Below the pieces are notes generated by a model. The model worked only from the letters and a program-made list of their open reading frames with translations. It made no database searches and was not told the origin of the DNA. A DNA stretch of 64,000 nucleotides from Octopus vulgaris (Eukaryota), in contig OX597834.1 in assembly GCA_951406725.2 (NCBI GenBank), positions 28,830,001 to 28,894,000 on the forward strand. Reading direction: 5' to 3'. The first letter of the stretch is position 1. Each line of letters starts with the position of its first letter. The translations under genes and the position numbers were made by a program. Of this stretch, positions 53,070-64,000 are shown one piece after another.

Positions 53070-53280
53070 CGGAGTAAACACATAAATATGAAACAAGGTG
53101 GAAAAAAGAGTACTCAAATACCAGTGGTAGAGTAATGTGCTTTATTTAAAGCAGCAGAAAATTCAACAAAACCTGTTACTCAGAGTTTCACGTTGCCGTT
53201 CATCGGACAGTTTTCGATGAACGGCAACGTGAAACTCTGAGTAACAGGTTTTGTTGAATTTTCTGCTGCTTTAAATAAAG
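53070..53280. mobile_element. Penelope-like terminal fragment with a perfect 66-bp inverted repeat
   Basis: Arms 53140-53205 and 53215-53280, 9-nt spacer, in (TA)n. Confidence 0.8.
53168..53214 (-). ncRNA. Minimal type I hammerhead variant (CCGAUGA core)
   Basis: aaaaCUGU-CCGAUGA-ACG GCAA CGU-GAA-ACUC U GAGU-A|ACAGguuuu. Confidence 0.65.
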
Positions 53281-53348
53281 TATATATATATATATATACA
53301 TACATGCACACACACACATACGTGTGTGTGTGTATATGTATCTGTTGT

Positions 53349-54040
<692 letters not shown>

Positions 54041-55168
54041 TAAAAAGGTATTTTAGTTCTATGTCTTGATGACGAAAGTTCTTTGGTTTTCCTGAATTCT
54101 CTCAAAAAAAAAAAAAAAAACATCAAATAAGAGAAGAAAAGCAAAAAAAAAACAACAAACAAAACTAGTAAACGATTTCAATGAATTTTTTTGTTTTTTT
54201 TTTATCAGAGACAGGAAAGAGGGAGAGGGGGATGGGGGGTAAACAACAAAACAACAATAACAACAAACAAAAAAAAACTAACAAACAAACAAAAACAGGC
54301 AACATGAATTGATGAGGTTGGGACAGAGTAGGAGGAAGAAGAAGAGGAGGACAAGGAGGAGATTGTCTGTTTTGTTTTGTTTATATGATGACTGGCCTAT
54401 GGAGATTGACGGATGTGCGTCTACTACATGTGCATTTATCTATGTGTGTGTGTATGTATGTATGGGGGGGATGTGTATGAGAGACGAGGAGGTCAGATCG
54501 TGGTGGTGGTGGTGGTGATGAGGATGGTGACAACAACAGGTAAAGAATTCTGAGGGTGTATGGTGTGGTGGTGGTGGTGGTATCAGAGTAAATTTTTATT
54601 TATCTTTTTTGCCTTGTTCCTTCCTAAGATGGACAGACAAGTCGTTTAGGTGGAACAGAAAGGGATCACGAGAGTGAGAGGAAGGGACCAGGAGAATAAA
54701 AGATGATGTTAAGAGGGGGGAGGGCTAAAGTTCATTTTTATGCCCTTCATCAAGGGGCTTTTCAGACTACTTATTGTGTGTGTGTGTGTGTGTACATTCA
54801 TTAGTTTATTTTGATCACCACAGCCAAGGGCATCACACAGCAACTACAATATGTTGTGTGTATTTATGCGCACAAATATGTATTCATGTGTTAAATATAT
54901 ACATACACACACACACACACACACACATACATACATATATCTCATTATTATTCAAATCAGTTTGATTTAGCCCCGTGCCACTTAAGGTTTTGTTGGCCTC
55001 TTAGAGAGCCCTAGCTCATTGGGGTTGATTAACTGAGCCTAACGATCTGGGTTTCTGCAGGGAGCCCAAAAGCTAAGTCCATAGGGCCCAAATCAAAACG
55101 TTTTAAATAGTGATATTTGTAATCCCTACTGAATGTGTTGAGTGCCTCTTTTGTTTGTCCACTCACCC

Positions 55169-55209
<41 letters not shown>

Positions 55210-55211
<2 letters not shown>

Positions 55212-56079
55212 CATCATCGTTTAACGTCTGTTCTCCATGCTAGTATGGGTTGGACGGTTCGACCGGGGATCTGGGAAGCCAGAAGGCTGCACCAGGCTCC
55301 GGTCTTATCTGGCAATGTTTCTACAGCTGGATGCCCTTCCTAACGCCAACCACTCCGTGAGTGTAGTGGGTGCTTTTTACGTGCCACCTGCACTGGTGCC
55401 AGGCGAGGCCGGCATTGGCCACGGTCGGATTGGTGCATTTTACGTGCCACCTGCACGGAAGCCAGTCAAGGTGGCACTGGCTTCGGCCACAATTTGGATG
55501 GTGCTTTTTACGTGCCACCGACACTATATATATATACACACACACACACAAACATACACGGGTGAGTGGATAAACGAGAGAAAGAAGCACTCAACATGTA
55601 TGTATGTGTGTGTGTGTGTGTGTCTGTTTTGAAAGATTCTTGATGTGAAATCGTGTTGAATCAGATATTGTTATATTTCAGAATAGTCATATTTTGCTAA
55701 TTGAACACATACACAATAGTACTTGTGTTTAATTGGCAAAATATGACCCCCACCTCACAAATATAATATATATATATATAAATATATATACACACACATA
55801 GGGTGGGAATACAAAGTATAATACAGTTGGTGCAACAGCAGAAGTCACCAGATTATATGCACAAATTGCAATATGTGCAGCTAAACTTTGGGACTTTTGT
55901 CCAGCCTATATATACATATATCTATCTATATATATATATCATCATCATCGTTTAACGTCTGTTCTCCATGCTAGCATGGGTTGGACAGTTCGACCGGGGA
56001 TCTGGGAAGCCAGAAGGCTGCACCAGGCTCCAGTCTTATCTGGCAATGTTTCTACAGCTGGATGCCCTTCCTAACGCCA

Positions 56080-56080
<1 letters not shown>
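55210..56080 (-). mobile_element. Family D (RTE-associated SINE-like) copies at 55210-55522 and 55939-56080
   Basis: ggttggcgttaggaagggcatccagc motif, (gat)n tail, three internal subrepeats of about 62-65 bp. Other copies at 58500-58715, 59945-60100 and 63085-63645. Confidence 0.75.
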
Positions 56081-56110
<30 letters not shown>

Positions 56111-56777
56111 CATACACATACACACACCTTACATGTGTGTGTGTGTGTATGCATGCATATGCATAATGAATCTGTGTCTACTGGCATAAGATGGGACTGG
56201 ATCTTGGCCCAATTTGGTGTTGTCAGTAGTAACCAAAGCAGGGACAAGACCATCTGCAGCCATGCTAACAACTTACCACACACCACAGGATTTAAGGGTC
56301 ACATTTTTTTTATACATGCAGTAGATGAACTTAATACCTGTGTTGGTGGGGGGTAAGTGTACGGTTAGATGGCTGAACAAAAATAACTCACCATATAAGA
56401 TGATGTGTGTGTATATATATTTGGCTCTGTTCCTTCATAGGAGGGACAGACAAATCACTTTGATGGAACTACAATTATACTACAAGAGTAATCAGCCGAA
56501 ATTGTGAGGATGATCCAGTTCTTGACTGAAGATAAAAGGCTTCGAATGACCCGTCCGTGTTTTTTTTGTATCGTCTATCTGGATGTTTTGTTGTCCCCTT
56601 TTGCATCAGCATGTTGTCCGGATGTTTTACGTTCTTGTCCTATTTTGTATTTTATTTTATATACAATTGATCACGTGACTGACCAGACCATCAGATGTTG
56701 TAACACATCGCTGGTCACAATGCGTTCGCATTGTTTTAGCCTTCGAATGACGCCACCCCGCTGGCTAAGCAAGCAGG

Positions 56778-56813
<36 letters not shown>

Positions 56814-57212
56814 GTGCATGTTGTCTGCATGTGTGTGAAAGAGACAGTCTGTATAAGTAAATAAGAATATTCAAGTATATACATAAATACATACAAATAG
56901 ACGTATGTACAATATATATATATATATATATATACATACATACATACATACATACACACACACATACACAGGTGTATGCTCATGCCCACACATAAACACA
57001 TACATACATACATATGTAGAAAATGATGATGAGACAGAAAAATAATGACAAACCCACAGACAGTATTTAAAACCTATCACTTTGGCACAAAACCATCTTA
57101 CTCTATCACAACTATTCTGAGGTTGTCTTGTATAACACTTTCTCTCTCTCTCTCTCTCTCTCTCATACACACACAGACACACAGGGAGGTTAAATGTCAG
57201 TATGGTTTGAAC

Positions 57213-57754
57213 AAGTGGTTCTCAAATATTTTTGCATTTATGGACCCTATATATATATATATATTTATTACTATTTAACTGTGGACTCCCATAACCATTC
57301 AATGTCTAAAAACTAGTTTTGCAGAAGCTTCTTCCGAAATTCTTATTTTTGTTTTCCACACATTAACTTGTGTGGGTTTAACTGTGTAAAACCCTAGAGA
57401 AAGAAACCTAGCTGTTTCTTGCCGTAAAAACAAAATTTTTTTCATGAACCCTTAACCCTTTAGTGTTTAAACTGGCCAAATCCGGCCCAATATATTCTAC
57501 ATGTTTTATATTCAAACTGGCGATGTCTAGCCTCTCACACCTAACCTACAATGCCATTCTGAAAATAAGTAATCACATCATTGAAACCTCAGAGCTGTAA
57601 GATGATCCAGGATTAATCCAAAACAATTTGAGTGAAAAAGTATTACATTTGACAGAGCAATCTGAACACTAAAGGGTTAAAATACTACAGTGGATTCCCA
57701 AAAGTCTTACATGGACACCCCAGGGATCATATGGACTGAGTTTGAGAACCACTG
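57213..57754. mobile_element. hAT-like MITE hosting a piggyBac-like MITE
   Basis: TIRs agtggttctcaaa / tttgagaaccact; 8-bp flanks gtttgaac / gttcaaac. Confidence 0.8.
57456..57676. mobile_element. piggyBac-like MITE
   Basis: TTAA|ccctttagtgtt ... aacactaaaggg|TTAA. Confidence 0.88.
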
Positions 57755-58789
57755 GTTCAAACAATATAAAAGGGCAGTTCTGATGAACGTGAGGGTGTGT
57801 GTTTATCGAGTGATGTGTCCATTCATACATAAATTGATATGTGTGGAGAGAGAGAGAGAGAGAGAGAGAGACTGAGCACGCATGCAGATTGTGTACTTGT
57901 AGACTGATGTATGTGTGTGTGTGTGTGTGTGTGTAGTATATGTGTAGCATGTGTATGTCTAGAGTATTGCATGTGTATGTATAGTGTTTTGTGTTAGTGT
58001 GTGTAGCATGTTACATGTGCACATGCATGTAGAGTATTGTATGTACATTTGCAGTGTGGTGTGTATATATATATTGTATATATATGTACAATGTAATTAT
58101 GTGCATGTGTGCACTGTATGTATGTGTGTGCAGTGCTACATACGTAGATTGCTGCGTGGGGGGAGGAACACTGCATGTATGTGTGTGTAGAATGTGTGGA
58201 GAGTGTATGTACATGTGTGTAGTGTTCTGTCTGTATATGTAAAGTGATGTGTGTGTTAGTATTCAAAAGTTTATATACATAATAACCCTAACAAGGAGGT
58301 AACACAACAACGCCAGTCAATGATAGATAATGATTTCTCTTTCTGTTTTTTTATGTTTTATGTTTTGTTAAGCAACATCTTCCTCTAAAACTTACCTCCA
58401 TCATCACAAACCTGGCTGTATGAATCATTTTGCTATTTACACACACACACACACACATAATATACATACACATATTTGGCACGTTGTTGTACACAAAAAG
58501 ACCCGTCCACCACAGCAGAATTGATACCAGTGCTGGTGCCACATAACAAGCACCCAGTACACTCTGTAAAGTGGTTGGCATTAGGAAGGGCATCCAGCCA
58601 TAAAAACCATGCCAAAACAACCAATGTAGCCTAGTGTGTCCCCCAGCCATATCAGCTCCTGTCAAACTGTCCAACCCATGCCAGCATGGAAAACGGACAT
58701 TAAATGAGGATGATCCATCACCATTTAACATCCATGTTCCACTCCACAAGCATAAAGGAGAGGTGTTAGGGCTGTGAAATCTTGTATGT

Positions 58790-59909
58790 ATTTCAACTCC
58801 TATTAATAATTTCTTTGTTTCTTTCCAGGTAAAATAGGCACCTGACTCTTCAAAGACTTCAAAACTAGCAAGTAGCTACTTCTCTTGAAAAATGGACAAG
58901 ATTTAGCGTCATGATGATGTTATCAAGTGCCTGTAAGAAAAAGAGTTTAGCCCCCAACAGCATTCATGCTGACATAGCTGCTGTATTAGATGATGCTCCA
59001 GCTTTATGAACAGTGCAAAAGTGAGCAGCTGAATTTAGGAGGGGAAAGGAGAGTATGGAAGATGAGCCAAGGTTTGGACATCCTGCAACGGCCACCACCG
59101 AGGAAAACATTGATCATGTTCACCGCATGCTGATGGATGACAGGTGATTGAGCCAATGTTCTTAGCATATCTTGGGAGTGAGGACACCTGGTCAAAAGCA
59201 CACCAGGCTGATCACATCACAGGAAAATCTGACACTCTTTGAGGCAAACCCTGCTGGTTTCCTTGAACATTTCCTAACAGAGATTGATTATTAACTTCAG
59301 AGACAAAGAGACAATCTATGCAGTGGAAACATTCCTCCAAAGAAGGCGAATGTCATCTCATCTGCAGGGAAGGTGATGGCATCAGTTTTCTGGAATGCAA
59401 AAGGCATTGTGTTTATTGACTATCTTCAAAAGGGCCACCACCATCGATGAAGAGTAGTATGCCAACTTGCAGGGGCAGTTATGAAAGGCTATCAAGACCA
59501 AACACCCAGGAAAACTTATGAAAGGGGTCTTGATTCATAAAAGGAATGCTCCAGCATTTCCTTGGTTTCCAACAATTCCTTGGATCCAATGACTGCTGTG
59601 TGTGACTGTAGTTTTGAATTGGTTGATTACTGTCCCTATTCTCCGGATTTGGCCACATCTGACTATCACCTGCTCCCCAACATGAAAAAAAAAAACACTT
59701 GGTTGGGAACCCTTAAAACATTGATGATGACATATCTGCTGTGGATGACTTTTTTTTTTTACCAAAAGGATGAAAGGATCTTCACCAATGGGATCCAAGC
59801 ACAGCAACATCAATGGAAGAAGTGTGTGGACCACATCGGGGACTATGTTGAAAAAAAATACCTTGGAATATCTGGGGTCAGCCTATGACTTTTTCAACCA
59901 ACCCTCATA
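58790..59909 (+). mobile_element. Degraded irritans-like mariner with transposase pseudogene
   Basis: AAEFRRGKESMEDEPR, SAGKVMASVFW, PYSPDLATSDYHL motifs; right TIR gactttttcaaccaaccctca|TA. The left end is uncertain. Confidence 0.88.
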
Positions 59910-60249
59910 AACACACACACAATATTCATACACACACACACAGTATGCTCTGTAAAGTGGTTGGCGTTAGGAAGGGCATCCAGCCACAGAAATCAAGCCA
60001 AAACAGACAGCTGAAACCTGTTGCAACTCTCTGGCTTACCAATCCCAGTCAAACAGTCTAACCCATGCCAGCATGGAAAACAGACGTTAAATGAGGACGA
60101 GCCATCATCTTTTAACATCTATGTTCTACTCTACAAGCACGCACATAACATTACAAACACATACACTACATACGCATACTTGCAACACTACATACACACA
60201 TGCAATGCTTTATATATATGCACAGATGCAACAGTAAACACACAGACAC

Positions 60250-61397
60250 ACACACACACACACACACACGTGCCTATATACAACATCTTACATCAAAGTT
60301 TTTAGATGGACATGAAATGAAATCGGTGTTTGATGCGTGTATGTGTGCGTGAGTTCTGCACACGTGTATGTTTGAGTGTTGTTGTGTGTGTGTGTAAGTG
60401 TATAAGTGTCACATGAGTATGTTACACATGCATGTGACATGCATGCAAGTCATGTGTGTGCATGTGTGTGAGAGAGAGAGTGAGTGTATGAATAGAGTGC
60501 AGTATCACATTTCCACACGCTTGGCTGAACAAACGCCAAAAGAGTTTCTTAATCAACTTAGAACTGAGCCATTGTTAAGATCTGCTCACAGTACATTTTG
60601 GTTAGTAAAGAAAGAAAATGTTTTACAGTTCCTATGCTGTGGGGAGGGGGACAAAGCAGGGTAAATGTCTTCATACACACTGTGTATACATGTATGTATA
60701 AAGTGTATGTGTGAGTGAATATAGTGTATGTATGTATGTATGTTCTTATATGCAGTTATGTGCCTCTATGTGTGTGTATATATATGTATGTATGTATATA
60801 TTTGTGTGCATATGTGCGTATATACATATGTGTGTGTGTATGTGTATGCATGTATATATATGGGTGTGTGTGTGTATATATGTATGTGTGTATATACGTG
60901 TGTATATACATGTGTGTATATACATGTGTGTGTGTATGTATGTGTGTGTATGTATGTGTGTGTATACATGTATACATATATATATGTGTGTTGGGGTTGT
61001 GTGTGTGTGTATATTATTTGGGGGGGTGGTCTTGATATTTCAAGTTGGAGTGGGGCGGGGTATGAAATATGTTTTGCCAACAGTAAGCAAAATGTTATCA
61101 GCAGGAAGGTAGAATGTTGTCCAAGGTTGTCCAAGAAATCAATGTGTATATTTGTCCTCCTTAGTAAACAGCTGGACTGTTGGTTGCTATGGCCAGTCAT
61201 TGTTGATTGGTCAACGGATCAGTTAGCTGACCGACCAGATGAGAATGAGTAGCTGTGTCAAATAAAGGGATGCCCTTGATCAAAGTACATACCTACACAC
61301 ATATATATATATATATATATACATACATACACATGCACACACACGTATATTATATATATATACACACACACACACACATCCATGTGTGTATATGTCT

Positions 61398-61436
<39 letters not shown>

Positions 61437-61542
61437 GCTCTTGATCAAAGAACATACCTACATATATATATATATACACATACACACACATGTATATTAT
61501 ATATATATATACACACACACATCCATGTGTGTATATGTTTAT

Positions 61543-61608
<66 letters not shown>

Positions 61609-61841
61609 CACACATACACACAAACACGTGAGTGTATGCCTATATATACATATATATATATATATACATATTTCTACATGAAATGAGTCAGATCAGGGTA
61701 GATGTGAAACATAACCAAAAAGATGTTGAGATGGTTTGTTTGGCAGTGAACATGAAAGATTCCAGACAAATAGTTTGTCACGGTAAAATGGTACAGGTGG
61801 CAGAAATGTCTTGGAGCTATTAAGATCAATGTACCAAAAGG
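60250..61841 (-). other. COP1: Probable COP1 3'UTR (distal end not determined)
   Basis: Follows the stop codon directly; unique sequence interleaved with (CA)/(TA) repeats. No polyA site could be fixed. Confidence 0.45.
61275..61600. repeat. Tandem duplication of about 165 bp within the probable COP1 3'UTR
   Basis: cttgatcaaagNacataccta...catccatgtgtgtatatgtNtattgtg occurs twice. Confidence 0.8.
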
Positions 61842-61859
61842 TCACACCAATTCCAGAAC
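61842..61859 (-). CDS. COP1: COP1 terminal exon, coding part (VLELV-stop); the 3'UTR continues toward lower coordinates
   Basis: Minus strand reads ttctctgttgcag|GTT CTG GAA TTG GTG TGA. It splices in frame to the 62820-62864 exon and gives the exact COP1 C-terminus. Confidence 0.95.
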   Translation of the reverse strand, partial: VLELV

Positions 61860-62210
61860 CTGCAACAGAGAACAAAATCAGACACATTAAACAACAGGCG
61901 GTAACTTAATATGAAACAATGTGTGTTCACACAAACACACACACACACGCAAACTCACATGAACAGAAGCTCACATATACATGCATACTAGTTCTCATAC
62001 ATACATATGCGCATACAGATTCAAACACACACATACTCATGCACACTCACACAAAAGTTAACACATTCATACTTCATACAAATGCACACAAGCATGCACA
62101 CACAGACACATACATGAATGCATATATACACAAACACACACACACTAACACGAGCTCACTCATACAAACTCATACACACTATACATACACAAGATCATAT
62201 ATACACACAA

Positions 62211-62683
62211 AGGCGGCGAGCTGGCAGAATCGTTAGCGTGCCGGGCGAAATGCGTAGCCGTATTTCGTCTGCCGTTACGTTCTGAGTTCAAATTCCGCCG
62301 AGGTCGACTTTGCCTTTCATCCTTTCGGGGTCGACAAATTAAATACCTATTTCTTTATTACCCACAAGGGGCTAAACACAGAGGAGACAAACAAGGACAG
62401 ACAGAGGTATTAAGTCGATTACATCGACCCCAGTGCGTAACTGGTACTTAATTTATCGACCCCGAAAGGATGAAAGGCAAAGTCGACCTCGGCGGAATTT
62501 GAACTCACAACGTAACGCAGACGAAATACAGCTAAGCATTTCGCCCGGAGCGCTAACGTTTCTGCCTGTTCGCCGCCTAAATTAAGTACCAGTTACGCAC
62601 TGGGTTCGATATAATCGGCTTAATCCATTTGTCTGTCCTTGTTTGTCCCCTCTATGTTTAGCCCCTTGTGGGTAATAAAGAAA
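62211..62683. mobile_element. SINE A (+) with a full-length SINE A inserted antisense (about 62348-62578), in the last intron of COP1
   Basis: The host breaks and resumes at aaattaa(a/g)tacc. Confidence 0.92.
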
Positions 62684-62819
62684 CACATATATATACACAC
62701 ACAAGCTAACAAGCTAACACACATTCATGCATGCACACACATTCATACTCACACACACAAAGCTTACACATATTTACGTATAGATGAACTCATACAAGCT
62801 TTCACAATACATAACTCAC

Positions 62820-62864
62820 CTTTATGGTACCCTGGCTGTTAGCAGCAACAAGAACATTAGAGCC
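62820..62864 (-). CDS. COP1: COP1/RFWD2 E3 ubiquitin ligase, penultimate coding exon (45 nt, [15 protein letters not shown], end of the WD40 domain)
   Basis: Minus strand reads tttttctgcttctcttttacag|GGC TCT AAT GTT CTT GTT GCT GCT AAC AGC CAG GGT ACC ATA AAG|gtgagt, with a strong acceptor and donor and phase 0/0. The peptide matches the recalled vertebrate COP1 C-terminus [20 protein letters not shown]. Confidence 0.95.
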
Positions 62865-63398
62865 CTGTAAAAGAGAAGCAGAAAAACCCGTCAGAATCAA
62901 CAAATACAAAAAATATATCAATGAACCCCAGGGAAGGGAAAGCACAGTGGAGGAGAGGGAGAGGAAATACATTGGATCTCCAGATCTCCAGAACATCATA
63001 CACACACACACACACAATCATCATTCTAATGTCAGCTTTTCCATGCTTGCACATATCAGAAGGAATTTGTTGTTTTTTCTATGACTAGATGGATGCCCTT
63101 CCTAGTGCCACCCCACTCCTGTTTCCAGGTAAGGTAATATTTCCCCATAGCTAGACACGTTTTTCATGGAAGACTGGAAGTGAACAACATCACTAGTATG
63201 ACAATGATAGTCCTTCATAGCCATCACATGCTGTGTGTGTGTGTGATTAGGAAAGGCATCCAGCGATAGAAACCAAGCGAAATGAGACTTGAACCTGGTA
63301 CAGCTCTCTGGCTTGCCAGCTCTGGTCAAACTGTTTAACCCATGCCAGTATGGATAACAGACATTAAAGGATGATGATGATATATGTATATATATATA

Positions 63399-63450
<52 letters not shown>

Positions 63451-63484
63451 GAGACACACACAGGTGAGTGTATGGCTATATATC

Positions 63485-63532
<48 letters not shown>

Positions 63533-64000
63533 GACACACACATATTTCTACATGAAATGAGTCAGATCAGGGTAGATATGAAACACACACACACATATAT
63601 ATATATCATCATCATTTAACGTCCGTTTTCCGTGCTAGCACGGGTTGTATATATATATACACACACGATGGGCTTCCACACAGTTTCCATCTAACTCCGC
63701 TCAAGAGGCTATAGTAAAGGACACTTGCCCAAGATGTCATGCAGTGGGGCTGATCCCAATACACACACACACATACACACGTACACACATGCACATATTC
63801 AAATGCATACACATGTACACGTGTGTGAGATGGTCAAAAGTCATTGCCTTTGCATCTGTCAGAAATCATGGATGTATGGAGAGAGCTTGAAATGGTCAAG
63901 GAAGAATTTAGATATCTGTTGGCAAGTAGAAATTAGTTCTTAATTAAAGATTTGAACAGGAAGATGGTTGACATATAAACATCAACAGAAAAAAAAAACC

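Noticed and set aside
55370-55522. Three spaced ggtgcNttttacgtgccacc repeats resembling a CRISPR array
   Set aside because: Eukaryotic context, related spacers and no cas genes; these are internal subrepeats of family D.
56300-56360. Possible + strand micro-exon ending ggggg|gtaagt
   Set aside because: Splice-like signals only, with no partner exons or homology.
61632-61823. + strand ORF HEMSQIRVDVKH...
   Set aside because: Antisense to the COP1 3'UTR, starts in a microsatellite, and has no recognisable domain.

Overview
This is AT-rich, microsatellite-saturated animal genomic DNA. The repeat repertoire (tRNA-derived SINEs with Meta- and CORE-like domains, Penelope, R4, RTE, mariner) points to an octopus or other coleoid cephalopod; that assignment is inference. 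Nearly all ORFs in the supplied track are translations of microsatellites or SINEs. The only confidently recognised host gene is the 3' end of COP1/RFWD2 on the minus strand: exon [15 protein letters not shown] at 62820-62864 and terminal exon VLELV* at 61842-61859. A housekeeping-type promoter cassette (ETS, NRF1, E-box, splice donor) is tandemly duplicated at 38182-40712, next to a possible minus-strand start exon. The most notable signals are: (1) a canonical type I hammerhead ribozyme at 35334-35396 (-) in a non-coding, Penelope/retrozyme-like unit, plus variant hammerheads, one inside a perfect 66-bp palindrome; (2) repeated near-identical copying of local sequence into new sites, including a SINE chimera that captured about 130 bp from 13 kb away; (3) many fold-back inversions, one with only A>G-type mismatches suggestive of ADAR editing; (4) modular SINEs that self-insert or swap tails. 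All alignments and folds were done by eye, so repeat boundaries are approximate.
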